NCBI GenBank assembly: GCA_965224025.1
Contig: OZ245033.1
Span: 3,872,001 to 3,936,000 of the forward strand
Direction of reading: 5' to 3'
DNA: 64,000 nt
From: Candidatus Multivorans sp.
GTDB taxonomy: Bacteria > Acidobacteriota > Thermoanaerobaculia > Multivoradales > Multivoraceae
Shown: piece after piece, positions 20,870-31,359 of the stretch
Position numbering within the stretch: position 1 is the stretch's first letter
Layout: every line of letters begins with the position of its first letter
The notes under the pieces: model-generated
Databases searched by the model: none
The model's input: only the letters and a program-made list of their open reading frames with translations
Told to the model about the DNA's origin: nothing
Translations under genes and position numbers: made by a program

Positions 20870-23800
20870 CGACCTCGACCTCGACCTCGACGGCACGCCG
20901 TCTCTCGGTCCACACGGTGCGCACCTGATTCCCCCAGCGCAGTGTGTACTCGCCGACCGGCAGGTTCGAGATCGTGTCGCCGCCGCCGAACCAGAGCCGC
21001 AGTCTTCCAAGATCCCAACCGCCCGGGCCGGTGACCTGCACCGCGGCGGTCGACGGGCCGCCGGTCAGGACGATCGAGGAGGTCGACTCGAAGGGGTCGA
21101 CCTCGACGCCCCGGTCGAGTGCCCGTTCCATGTCCTGCCAACCGGTGAGAACCCAGCGTCCGTCTGCCAGGCAGGCGACGCGCACGCGGTCGGTGAGCGG
21201 CGGAGTGAGTTTCGTGCTCGCGACGCCGCCATCGATCCGGATCACACGCTGTCCTGACGCTTCCATCTCGATGAAGCACAACCCGCTGCCGCCACCGCGT
21301 ATGTGAACGGTGATTTCGTCGTTGGACGGATCGTCGCTGAGTTGGAGCTGCACGGTCTGACGGTCGCTGAAGTCCCGCAGTTCGACGTCGACGAGCTCGG
21401 ATCGCTGGTGCCGGAACCGCGCCCGCAACTGGTAGGCGCCCGGCGCCAGCCCCAGGACCTGGAATCGGCCGTTCGGATCCGAGATGACCGCCGAACGCTG
21501 AGGAAAGACGTCGACCGTCGCGAAGTGGACCGGCTGGCCTTCCGGATCGCTCACAACGCCTTCGATCGACACGCCGCCGTAGTCGAAGTTCAGGGTGACT
21601 TCTCCGCCCGGAGCCTCCGGAACGGTGACTTCGCGGCGCTCCGGCTGGCCGCCACCGGGCGGCGACCAACGGACGTTCCAGTCGCCGGGAAGCACTGCCT
21701 CGAGGCGGTAGTTGCCGTCGAGGTCGACGGAGGCCTGCAGGTTCTGCCGTCGGCTGGGCCCTGTTTCCCGCGTCCTGGTGAGACCGCCGGAGATTGTCGT
21801 CGTGAAGCCTCCCCCGTAGCGGCTGTTCTCCTTCGCATCCCAGAACAGATCTCCGGCACCAGGCTGACCGGCCAGCGTCACGCGGCCGATGACCGTAACC
21901 GTGCTGCGATCGCAGGTGACGACATCGTCGCCGGTGGCCTCCTCCACCTCCTTCTCGCAGACCGCCACGCCATTCTCGGAGACACGGACGACGAAAGCGC
22001 CCTCCGGCACTGCATCGAGCAGCGCCAGGCCCTCCTCAAGATCGCCCGTGATCAGATCCCGCGGCCGGCTTCGGCCGCCGGGGTCAAGCAGGACCTGCCC
22101 GCGCTCGACATCCGAACGCACCGTGATGCGGCGGCCTCGCGAGAGTTCCACCAATCCCGCATCGACCCACTCGACCGCGCTCGCTTCGACTTCGAACTCG
22201 AGCGGCGCGAACCCTTCGGCTTCCACCCGGAGCGTCGATGTTCCCACCTCAAGACCGTGGAGTTCAAATTCGCCATCGACATCCGTGGTGACTGTGGCGA
22301 CCTGGCCCATTGCCCGGGTCATCAACCGGCCGTACTCGGACGGTCGCGCGTAGGACACCGAGGCTTCGAACACCGGCGCGTACTCGGGGTTCACCACGGT
22401 GCCGGAGACCCAGGCCGACGCCGGGGCCACGATGACTCCCAGGTCGCGGGCGTGCCCGGCCGAGCCCTGGACGCTGAGCACCGTCCGCCCGGCATTCGTA
22501 GCCGTCAGTTCCAGGGTGTAGGCGCCTGGCTCGAGCTCGATGTAGAAGGAACCATCCGCGGCGATCGTTCTGTGCCTGGTCGCGCTCCCGTTCCCCATGT
22601 CGCGAGCGGCAATCAGATGCCCGGCGGCGGCCGGAGTTGCGCCATCGGCCGCCATGAACACGCCCTCGACCGTGAAGGCCGGCTCCAGCCGGAGCACCAA
22701 GGGTTCTTCAGCCGTCGCGCCGGCGCCGCCCGCCACATCGACGGGGAGGGTCGGCAGGCCAGGTATCTGGAGTTTCGCAGTCGTGGTGCCGCCGCCGCCG
22801 ATTTTGAACCGCGCCATCCGGTACCCCTTCGCGGAGACCATGAGGCTGCGGCCGAACCGGGGCGACACCTGCGCAATTCCATCCCGGTCCGTCGTGGTCT
22901 GCTCCCCGGCTTCGGACGATGTGCCTGCGCCGGGTATCGACGTTCCACGGCTCGCATCGACGACCTGAATCCAGTAGGTCTCGGCCGCCGCCAGCACGAT
23001 CGACCCAAGATCCAGGGAACCCTCCAGATCGAACGCCTCGGAGTACTCCAATTCGCCGCCGTCGGTTGCAGAGACGCGGCGCCCTTCGTGAAGCCGGTGA
23101 GCGAGAACCGGCCGTCGGGATCGGAGAGCCCCAGGTGGCGCCGCATCACTGGAAGCTCGTGCTCCACCCACGACCGACCCAGCAGCCGCACTCCGGCTAC
23201 GGGCCGTCCTTCCAGGTCGACGGTCCGACCGGTGACGGCAAGGCCTGGACCGAGCTCGACCACCGGCGACGCCGCGGCGAGACGCTCGAACGCCGCCGCG
23301 GTCCGGGCAACGTGGAAGACGAGGACCGCGGCGCGCTCACGCTCGGAGACAGTCAAACTCACCTTGCCATCAGCGTCCGAGATCCCAAAGCCCAGAGCCT
23401 CGGGGTGTACGGAGGCCGTCCCCGAGCCCACCCGCAGCAGGTCCACTCGCGCGCCGGCAAGGGGCGCGCCATCGGCGGTCACCTGCAAGGTGAGATCCAC
23501 CGCCCGCTGCAAAGGGAGCTCCACCGTTCCCTCTTCAGGGGCCACGTCCCGCCAGGTCGAGGCTCGCCCTTTCCGCCAGCGCCTGGAGGCGCCATGTTTC
23601 GTCATTGCGGGGCAGGGAGAACGACGTGGATGCAACGGTCGTCGTCGGCAGCAGGTTTCGTGGCACCTGCCGCCACATGGGCGTCGGCGCCGCGGTCACG
23701 CCGAACTCGGCTGGGGCTGGGCTGGGCCTGCCGCCCCGTCCACCGGATCCGCGTCCCAGTTCGGCGCTTCGGGGTCCAGCATGCGGACGGTCAGCGGCCT

Positions 23801-24097
23801 GAACGAAGCACCGGCGGAGCGGCAGGCGGCCGCCGCGTTCTGTCCGGGCTCGAGAAGCAGCGGTGGACAGGAGTCGCTCCAGGCCCAGCACTCGGCCGGC
23901 GCACGTCCTGCCTGGACATCGTCCCGTCGTTCCCACGTCTCGTCGACAGGCACGGCGATCCCGTTGAGGACGGCGGTTTCACTCTCCTTGAGGCATACGA
24001 ACTGGAACGGGGCATCCGGCGCCGATTCGTCCTGTGCCAACGCCGCGGCTGCAACCGCCCCGACCACCAACCAGAGAACGGCTATGGAAGATCGCAC
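20859..24097 (-). CDS. Large secreted carboxypeptidase-regulatory-like repeat protein (paralogue B); three frameshifts (~23715, ~23570, ~23065)
   Basis: Four ORF pieces align colinearly with paralogue A (FVCL, CWAWS, AAP-x-x-MWR-x-VPR-x-LLP, ASTW-x-DV); GTG start after GGAGGG; each break lies in a short homopolymer. Confidence 0.75.
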
Positions 24098-24101
24098 CGG
24101 C

Positions 24102-25490
24102 CTAGCCCTCCGCCCCGGCCGGTGGACGAACGCGCGCTTCGAACGCCTCCGCGGAGCGTACGTCCCCACCCCGGAGGGCACCGCCGCGGAGCAGGATCAC
24201 CGCACGGTCGCCGCGCAGATCGGCGCGCAAACGCGTGTCGGCGAATTCCGACTCGACCACGCAGGACTGCCTGGTCACGGAACGGAGATCGTCCATGCGG
24301 GCGTGGACCAGGTCCCAGCACACCCTTCCCGTGGGCGGAGGCACCGAGGCGACGATGGAGTCACTGACGGACCCGCCCCGTACGCCAACCGTCGAGATCA
24401 CGGTCCGCCCAGGCTGCTTGTCGGCTTCCTCCGGCTCCTGTCGACGCGGTCCGTTGAGGCCAGGCGGCTGCTGAGTCAGCCAGCCTGCGCCGACGCCAAG
24501 AAGCGGGATCGCATCCGGGGTGAGGTTCTGCCGGCCATCCGCCAGGCCCCCGGAATGGTCGTCCGCCGCATACCGAACGAAGAAGTACACGTTGCCTTCT
24601 CCGTCGGCCACGACTTCGTCGATGATGCGGCGCGGGCCCAACCAGTCGGCCCGAGCGTAGGCATCAAAGAGGGGCGACCGCCCCCACTCTTTGGCCTCGA
24701 TGTCGCAACCGCCCTCGGCGAAGAACGTCTCCGCGTCCAGGCTGTCGTGAAACACGCCCTCGCGGTCGTAGACGAAGACACCGGGTTCCGCTCCCGGAAT
24801 CACGAGCAGGCGATCCTCCGAAACGAAGCGGATCACCGAGAGTTCCGCGTCGCTGCACAACTCCAGGCCGTGTCCGCCGTCCCTGGTCGGCATCAGCCCG
24901 CGAGCCGCTGGCTCGCCGTCGCGGATCAACCAGGCGGCGTGGTCAGCCCAGCCATCCGTGTCCCTGCGGACGAGACCGACCGCCGCGGTCAGCGAACCTC
25001 GCCGGTCGAGGTCGCCAACGTGCTCCAGGTCCGCCAGTGAGTCGATCCCATCCTCGGTCGCCAGGTGGATGCCGGAGAACAGGTCAGTGAACGCCATTCC
25101 GTCGGGCGAGACGGCAAGCCGTCCGTAGTCCCGTTCGTAGCGATTGGAATCGACAACCGCCCGACCCCCGACGTTCAGGACCTCCGCCTCGGGCTCCTCG
25201 AGAGCGACCCTGAGTTGCCCCGCCTTGTCGCCGATGTCCCAGGAGTAGAGACCCCGTCCGATCACACCGAGAAGGAACTCACCGTCCTCCAGCCAGCGAA
25301 CATCGCTCGCCCGGGCGAGCTCATCCGGCAGATCGAGCCGCTCCAACCTCTCCAGGCGCGGCCCGCCCCCCGATTCCTGGGCCCCGAGCGTTCCGGAGAC
25401 CGCCGCCAGCGCCGCCACGACGCACGGTAAAACGATCGCCACGAGGTCGAAGCGACGGCTACCGCTTTCCCGAGACTGCTGGCGCAGCAT
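24102..25490 (-). CDS. Secreted hypothetical protein, beta-rich (possible beta-propeller)
   Basis: Hydrophobic signal; repeated beta-strand/turn units (AVSPDG, VYDREG, ADGEGNVY); co-directional and 4 bp upstream of paralogue B. Confidence 0.65.
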   Translation of the reverse strand: MLRQQSRESGSRRFDLVAIVLPCVVAALAAVSGTLGAQESGGGPRLERLERLDLPDELARASDVRWLEDGEFLLGVIGRGLYSWDIGDKAGQLRVALEEPEAEVLNVGGRAVVDSNRYERDYGRLAVSPDGMAFTDLFSGIHLATEDGIDSLADLEHVGDLDRRGSLTAAVGLVRRDTDGWADHAAWLIRDGEPAARGLMPTRDGGHGLELCSDAELSVIRFVSEDRLLVIPGAEPGVFVYDREGVFHDSLDAETFFAEGGCDIEAKEWGRSPLFDAYARADWLGPRRIIDEVVADGEGNVYFFVRYAADDHSGGLADGRQNLTPDAIPLLGVGAGWLTQQPPGLNGPRRQEPEEADKQPGRTVISTVGVRGGSVSDSIVASVPPPTGRVCWDLVHARMDDLRSVTRQSCVVESEFADTRLRADLRGDRAVILLRGGALRGGDVRSAEAFEARVRPPAGAEG

Positions 25491-25564
25491 GTGAGCCTTC
25501 TCCCCTTGGCCTGAGACCCTCAGGCGTCACACATGAACGTGGGTTTCAGGGAGGACAACGTCAG

Positions 25565-26443
25565 CTACGACGGCAGCCATTCCGAGATCGCGGAACCAAT
25601 TTCGTCCGGCGAGTCCTCCTGGATGAAGTGAGAGCCCTTGACCGTCACTTCGGTCTGGTTGGGCCAGGTCCGGCAGATCTCCCTCATCGCGCCAGTAAGG
25701 ATCGCGCCGGGCTTCGCGTTGACGAACAGCTTGGGCACGTCAGAGTCCTTGAGCCAGTCCGCGTAGGACTGCACGATCTCCACCACGTCCTCCGGCTCGC
25801 CGGCGATCGGAATCTGGCGCGGCCAGGTCAGCGTCGGCCGGCGCGATTCGCCCTCGTCCTCGAACGGCCCGCGGTAGACCGCCATCTCCTCCTCCGTCAT
25901 CTTCCGCAGCACCGAACCCGGCAGCACCCGCTCGACGAAGACGTTCTTCGCCAGCACCATCCCCTCGCCCGCCGGCGAACGGAACCCCTGGAACACGCCC
26001 CGCGCGGCCTCGGGCCACGCGTCCCAGGTCGGGACAGGACTCACGATCGCCTCCATGTAGGCGAGGCCGCGCACCGCATCCCGGTGCCGGTTCGCCCAGT
26101 CGAAGCCGAGCGCGGATCCCCAGTCGTGGATCACGAAGACGACGTTCGAATCCACCCCGATCGCCTCGAGCAGCCCGTCGAGGTAGCGCCGGTGCTCCAC
26201 GAAGCGGTATCGATCCGGCCCGCTGTCCGGCAACTTCGCCGAATCGCCCATCCCGATCAGATCCGGCGCCACCAGCCGACCCTGGCCATCCAGGTGCGGC
26301 ATCACGTTGCGCCACAGGTAGGACGAAGTCGGATTGCCGTGCAGAAAGACGATCGGATCGCCCTGACCCTGGTCGACATAGGCCATCTCGCGGCCATGAA
26401 CCTCGATCCGTTTCTTCTCGTAGCGCGCGTCCGCGGAGATCAC
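25565..26443 (-). CDS. dhaA: Haloalkane dehalogenase (HLD-II, LinB/DhaA-like)
   Basis: [23 protein letters not shown] nucleophile, YMEA acid, SHFIQED base. Confidence 0.92.
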   Translation of the reverse strand: MISADARYEKKRIEVHGREMAYVDQGQGDPIVFLHGNPTSSYLWRNVMPHLDGQGRLVAPDLIGMGDSAKLPDSGPDRYRFVEHRRYLDGLLEAIGVDSNVVFVIHDWGSALGFDWANRHRDAVRGLAYMEAIVSPVPTWDAWPEAARGVFQGFRSPAGEGMVLAKNVFVERVLPGSVLRKMTEEEMAVYRGPFEDEGESRRPTLTWPRQIPIAGEPEDVVEIVQSYADWLKDSDVPKLFVNAKPGAILTGAMREICRTWPNQTEVTVKGSHFIQEDSPDEIGSAISEWLPS

Positions 26444-26610
26444 CTACCGGCTCCTCCCGAATTCCAGTCGCGGTGTGGTTGCCAAAGTCTGCGCAGACTA
26501 TTACGGGCGTATGTCCGACACGAAAGGCCCTGCGCACTGGCGCTCGTCACCAGGAAGGCCAATCAACGCCCTTAGCCGTCCCTCCGGTCCCGATGCCGGC
26601 GGCAAACTCG

Positions 26611-28200
26611 CTACGGCCCGGACGACTCGCCGTAGCGGAAGCCCGTGCGGGACCGGACCTTGTACCTGCCCTCGCGGACCTTGACCTTGATGTTGCGATA
26701 GCCCTCGGTTCCGGCCTCGTACTCCGAGCGGAAGCTCACGAGGTAGTAGCCCTGGTTCTCTTCGGCGACCTGACGCATCGGCGTCATGATGTTCGTGAAG
26801 TTCGCGTAGTAGTGGCCGCCCGTCTCGTTCGAGATCAGGCTCAGCGAGTCGTTGAGCGACGCCGAGGCGATCGATCTGCGGCGGCTGCCCATGGTGTCGA
26901 TCGTGTATACCGCAACGTTACCGGCGTTCAGCGCCTCACGCATCGGCGGGTAGTAGCGCGTGTCCGGCGTGTAGCTCCCGAACTGACCGATCTCCCCGAA
27001 ACCGAGGCTGAACATGATCAGGTTCTTGCGGCCCGCGATCCCCTCCGCAGCCTCGCCAAGCACCTCCAGGCCCTGTTGCAGCTTCCGGCTACGACGCGCC
27101 AGTTCCTTCCCGGTCGGCAGGTTGACCGCCAGCGAGGGCGAGTTCGGGTCGAACTCGGGTTCCGACCGCGTGACCCAGTGGTCGAGGTCCCTCTTGCCCC
27201 GCGAGGCGGCATCGACCGCCGCGAGGATCTCCTCCCGATCGCGGCTGAAGTCGAGGTAGAATTTGAGCCGCGCCTGGTAAGCAAACACGGCTACCTGGTC
27301 GTTCGGCTGCAACTCCTCCTCGATCCAACGCTTGAGCCAGCGTGCGTTGTCCATCTGCGGTCCGGACAGAGCCGGCGCCTGCATCCGCTGATCGTGGAAC
27401 ATGAGGATGAAGTAGCGATCGGTGCGCACCGTTCCACCCCCGCCTGCCGACGCCAACTCGCTCGGCCCGCCGTAGAAGGAGGCGCTCACGACTTCCTGCT
27501 CCTCGCCGTCGTGGAGGACTACGAAGTCCTCGGGTCTCAGATCGTCGATCACGTTGCCCTTCCGGTCCGTAACCAGGACATCGAGCAACACCTCCGCGAC
27601 CCGGATTCGCTCGTTGAGGCTTATGTCTGCCGGCGCCGCCGACGCGGCTCGAACTCGGGTCTTCTCCCGCGCCGGCGCCGGCACCTCGGCGCGCGGCGTC
27701 TCGCGCCGGGGGCTCGGTGCAGGAGCGGTCCGGGCCGGCTCAGGCGCAGGCCGGGAGGCCGGTTCCCTCACGGCTGATCTAGCCGGAGCACGCTTCGGTT
27801 CGGCCACCGGTTCCGCGACCACCTCCTTCGCCGCCGCGGGTTCAGGTGCTGGCGCGGCAGCAACTTCACGCACGGGCGCCGCCGCCACTGCGGGCGCCGC
27901 CGCCGGCGCCGGGACCGGCGTCGTGGGGACCACGACCGCTCGCACGGTCTTGCCCCGCTGGCGCCGCTGCTTCTGCAGCCGCTTCTCCTCCTTCGCGGCC
28001 CTGGCGGCTGCCTTCTTCTCCGCCTTGCGCTTCTTCTTCTCGTCGTCCGGGGCCGACGCCTCGCTCCCGGCCACCGGCTCGGCACCAATTCCCGCATCCG
28101 CGGCAACCGCCAATCCCAGACCGCTCGACAACAACAACGCACTCGCCACCAGCGCGACCGCAAGAGCCCACCGTCGTCCAACCGTCGCAATTCTGCTCAT
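26611..28200 (-). CDS. Acidobacterial VWA-related domain protein with Lys- and Pro/Ala-rich N-terminal linker
   Basis: Signal peptide; VLLDVLVTDRKGNVIDDLRPEDF, GRKNLIMFSLG, ETGG, YYLVSF...VRSRTGF pattern. Confidence 0.85.
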   Translation of the reverse strand: MSRIATVGRRWALAVALVASALLLSSGLGLAVAADAGIGAEPVAGSEASAPDDEKKKRKAEKKAAARAAKEEKRLQKQRRQRGKTVRAVVVPTTPVPAPAAAPAVAAAPVREVAAAPAPEPAAAKEVVAEPVAEPKRAPARSAVREPASRPAPEPARTAPAPSPRRETPRAEVPAPAREKTRVRAASAAPADISLNERIRVAEVLLDVLVTDRKGNVIDDLRPEDFVVLHDGEEQEVVSASFYGGPSELASAGGGGTVRTDRYFILMFHDQRMQAPALSGPQMDNARWLKRWIEEELQPNDQVAVFAYQARLKFYLDFSRDREEILAAVDAASRGKRDLDHWVTRSEPEFDPNSPSLAVNLPTGKELARRSRKLQQGLEVLGEAAEGIAGRKNLIMFSLGFGEIGQFGSYTPDTRYYPPMREALNAGNVAVYTIDTMGSRRRSIASASLNDSLSLISNETGGHYYANFTNIMTPMRQVAEENQGYYLVSFRSEYEAGTEGYRNIKVKVREGRYKVRSRTGFRYGESSGP

Positions 28201-28439
28201 CCCAGAGGACCTCCTTTATTCAAACTACCGGTCGCGCCCGAGGGCGACGGCACGGAGAAGCGACGTACGCCATCCTAGCAACCGCACGCCTCATCCGGTT
28301 CTTCCCCAACTCAGGCATCAACTCCAAACTTAGCGTCATGCAACACTCAAGCCATCGTGGCTTGTTGCCGAAACCCGTTCGGCGAAGGACCTCCTCGCTC
28401 CCGGGATCCGGGTCCGACTCGACGTAGCATCTCGCCGCC

Positions 28440-30311
28440 GTGACACTGCCCGCCCCGGACCGCCGCACCGCGGAGCTCTCCGCCGCCTTCGCCGAACTGC
28501 GAACGGCTCTGGGACGGGTGCTCGTCGGCCAGGACGACGCCGCGACCGGGTTGACCCTGGCACTGCTGGCGGAGCAGCACGCCTACCTGGAAGGTCCGCC
28601 CGGCTGCGGCAAGTCGGAACTTGCCGCGGCGCTCGCGGCGCTGTCCGGCGCGCGCACCCACACGCTCGTCTTCCATCGCGACATCCGTGAAACCGACCTG
28701 CTCGGCGATGTCTTGCTCAGCCGACACCGCCACCGCGGCCATGAGCGCCTCCGACGCGAGCTGATCCCGGGACCGTTGCTTCAAGCCGAGGTTGCGCTGC
28801 TCGAGGATCTACCCCGCTCCCCGGGGGAAGCCCTGGGTCCCCTGCTGCGGATCCTCGCTGAACGGCGCGCCCTGGGGCAGGTGCTACCGCTCGAGTCAGC
28901 GGTTGCCACCGGACCGCTGGAGCAAGTGGAAGCCCCCATCGACCCGCTGGAACCGGGTCAACTCGATCGCTTCGCGGTGCAGCTTCGGGTGACCGGCCTG
29001 CTGGTTGGCGGGCTCTTCGACGAGGCGGCTGTCCTGCTCCAAAGGACTTCCGACCGTCCCCAGGAGGTTGCGCGACCTTGCCCGGTGATGAGCACGGCTA
29101 CCCGCAAGGCCGGCCAACGGGCCGCCGCCGCCCTTCAGGTCGAGCCGCGAACGCGCGCCGCGTACCACCGCCTGCTGGAGCGGTTGCGTCAGCGCAGCGC
29201 CGACCAGTCGGCGTCGGGCGACCGTCTGATGTCCGACCGTTCGTTCAGTTCCGCCGCCCTGAGACTGGTCCGTGCCCATGCCTTCCTGCGCGGCGCGCCC
29301 GCCGTGGCGCCGCGTGACCTTCACGCCATCCGCTACATGGTCGCCCACCGGCTGCCGGATGAAGTCCAGGAAGACTTCGATCACATCCTTGACGAACTGC
29401 TCGGCGACCCGCCGAACGTGACAATGGCGGAGACCGGTGCCCAGATGCCGGGAGCGCAGTCCCAGGGCGACGACGACTCCGACGGTGCCGCCGCGGCCTC
29501 GGCGGCGTCCGACTCCTGGATCGACGACCAGGCTGACCTGCCGGCGCCGCCCACGCTGTTCGGGCAACCGCCTCCGCCCGCCCAGGTCGACACCCTGTTG
29601 CGCGCGCTGGTCGGCCGCATCGAACGCGGCCGGATCGACCCGGACACCGACCCCGGCGGCCAGCCGCGCGGCTACCGTCCGCTGCGCGATCTGAACGAGC
29701 TGATCGATGCCGACCTGATCGAAGCTCTGCTCTTCACCGAGGGCCGGCTGCCCGGGACGCCGCGCACCTTCGAACGCAAGCGCAGAAGCGCCGGCGGCGC
29801 GGTCGCCGTGCTGCGGGACATCTCGGCATCGATGGCCGGCCGGCTGACCGTGTGGTCGAGCCAGGTCGTGCTCGGCATCCTGCGCGTCGCGGCGCGGCGA
29901 CGGATGCGCGTCGGCTACGTCGAGTTCCATCACCGCGCCCTGCCCCACCAGGTCGGCGGCCGGCTGCTGCACCGCTCGTACTCCCAGCTCGCCGAGCAGG
30001 CCGGCCAGGCCAAGGCGGTCGGGCAGACGAACTACGAGGCGCCGCTGCGCACGGCTCTCGAGGGCCTGCGCGGCGGGTCGGGCCGCAACCGGCACATCGT
30101 CCTCCTGACCGACGGCCTGCCGATCATCGGTGACACGACCGTCCGCCGTGAGCGGCAGTTGGCGCGGCGGCTGGGCGTCGCCCTCCACACCGTGTTCCTG
30201 GGTAACGGCGACTGCCCTCCGGTGCTCGACGACATCTCCATCGAGACCGGCGGGCTGCGCTTCTGCGGCCGTCCTCTGCCGGGCGGCGGACTCAGGCTGG
30301 AGGAGCGATAG
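28440..30311 (+). CDS. MoxR/RavA-type AAA+ ATPase fused to C-terminal VWA domain
   Basis: Walker A GPPGCGKS, LDRF arginine finger, acidic/Pro-rich linker, MIDAS DISAS...GQTN...LTDG. Confidence 0.85.
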   Translation: MTLPAPDRRTAELSAAFAELRTALGRVLVGQDDAATGLTLALLAEQHAYLEGPPGCGKSELAAALAALSGARTHTLVFHRDIRETDLLGDVLLSRHRHRGHERLRRELIPGPLLQAEVALLEDLPRSPGEALGPLLRILAERRALGQVLPLESAVATGPLEQVEAPIDPLEPGQLDRFAVQLRVTGLLVGGLFDEAAVLLQRTSDRPQEVARPCPVMSTATRKAGQRAAAALQVEPRTRAAYHRLLERLRQRSADQSASGDRLMSDRSFSSAALRLVRAHAFLRGAPAVAPRDLHAIRYMVAHRLPDEVQEDFDHILDELLGDPPNVTMAETGAQMPGAQSQGDDDSDGAAAASAASDSWIDDQADLPAPPTLFGQPPPPAQVDTLLRALVGRIERGRIDPDTDPGGQPRGYRPLRDLNELIDADLIEALLFTEGRLPGTPRTFERKRRSAGGAVAVLRDISASMAGRLTVWSSQVVLGILRVAARRRMRVGYVEFHHRALPHQVGGRLLHRSYSQLAEQAGQAKAVGQTNYEAPLRTALEGLRGGSGRNRHIVLLTDGLPIIGDTTVRRERQLARRLGVALHTVFLGNGDCPPVLDDISIETGGLRFCGRPLPGGGLRLEER

Positions 30312-30376
30312 AGTCGCGCGTCCCATGAGCCACCTCCCGGCGGCGGACACCGCCTCGAGGAGCGATAGAGTCGCGC
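30300..30376 (+). repeat. 57-bp-period tandem duplication at the gene junction
   Basis: GAGGAGCGATAGAGTCGCGC exact at 30300-30319 and 30357-30376, each followed by an in-frame start (ATG 30325, GTG 30382). Confidence 0.85.
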
Positions 30377-31350
30377 CTTCTGTGAGCGACCTGACCCCAC
30401 TCCGCGACCTGCTCGATCACCACGTCGTCGGCCACGACGAGGTCAAGACGGCCCTACTCCTGGCCTTGATCACCAGGGAGCACATCTACGTCGAGGGACC
30501 GCCCGGCACCGCCAAGACGCGGCTTGCCGAGGTCGCCGCCAAGGGCTCCGATCTCGACTTTTTCTTCTACCAGTTGCACCGCGACACCCGCCTCGCCGAA
30601 CTGGTCGGCGACATCGTCCTCGAACGCCGCCGGGTGAAGACGCCAGACGCCGAACCGGGAATGGCGGGCGAAGCCGAGCGGATCCACCAGCGGATCGAAC
30701 CCGGGGGCCTGCTGACCGCCGAGATCGCGGTGCTGGACGACATCTCCCGCGCCCCCGGCGAGGCGCTCAACGTGCTGCTCCGGATCCTGAACGAGCGACG
30801 CTTCGGCAGCGAGCCGATCCCGCTCATGGCCGCCATCGCGACCGGCAACCCGATGGACGACGAGTACTACAACGAACCGCTCGATCCCGCGAACCTCGAT
30901 CGTTTCGCTCTCCAGTTACGGGTCTCCGGCCTGATCCAGAGCGGCGCCGAGGATGCGCGGATCCTGATCGACCGCTTCGCGGCCGGCTCCGTGGTCGAAC
31001 AGCCCGACCCCGACGCGGTCACCGACCGCGCCACGCTGGACGCCCTGAATCGCCGCATGTACGAGGTCGAAGTCGGATCCGTGGTGCGCGCCGCCCTGCT
31101 CGACATCCTGCGCACCCTGGTGCTCGAGTTCGAGTGCAACGAGACGAACTCCCTGCTCACCGACCGCACCTTCCTGGTCAAGGCGATCAAGATCCTGCGA
31201 GGTGCAGCGCTCCTGGCCGGGCGGGACGCGGTCGACTTGACCGATCTCGCCGCGCTGTCCTGGATGACGACCTTCCGGGTGCCGCCGGAGGCTCACGAGG
31301 CCCTGCCCAGGATCATCGGCCGGGTCAACCGGCAGGTGCGGGCGGTATAG
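30325..31350 (+). CDS. MoxR/RavA-type AAA+ ATPase (start 30325 or 30382)
   Basis: GPPGTAKT, AVLDDISRA, ATGNP, DPANLDRF; paralogous to the upstream AAA domain. Confidence 0.85.
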   Translation: MSHLPAADTASRSDRVAPSVSDLTPLRDLLDHHVVGHDEVKTALLLALITREHIYVEGPPGTAKTRLAEVAAKGSDLDFFFYQLHRDTRLAELVGDIVLERRRVKTPDAEPGMAGEAERIHQRIEPGGLLTAEIAVLDDISRAPGEALNVLLRILNERRFGSEPIPLMAAIATGNPMDDEYYNEPLDPANLDRFALQLRVSGLIQSGAEDARILIDRFAAGSVVEQPDPDAVTDRATLDALNRRMYEVEVGSVVRAALLDILRTLVLEFECNETNSLLTDRTFLVKAIKILRGAALLAGRDAVDLTDLAALSWMTTFRVPPEAHEALPRIIGRVNRQVRAV

Positions 31351-31359
31351 CCGGCGGAC

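Noticed and set aside
17714-21620. Diversity-generating retroelement TR/VR pair suggested by the duplicated 3' ends
   Set aside because: Differences are mostly synonymous and not adenine-specific, both copies are coding, and there is no reverse transcriptase in the window.
21303-25040. 1245-aa plus-strand ORF and other long antisense ORFs (e.g. 3493-5505, 46129-48453, 50101-53088, 54281-56455, 60354-62369)
   Set aside because: Shadow frames of well-supported opposite-strand genes in high-GC DNA, with no motifs.
25491-25564. Possible riboswitch upstream of the secreted-protein operon
   Set aside because: Only a short GCCTGAG-ACC-CTCAGGC hairpin; no recognisable aptamer consensus.
27620-28050. 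Low-complexity repeat tract
   Set aside because: Explained by the Lys- and Pro/Ala-rich linker of the VWA protein.
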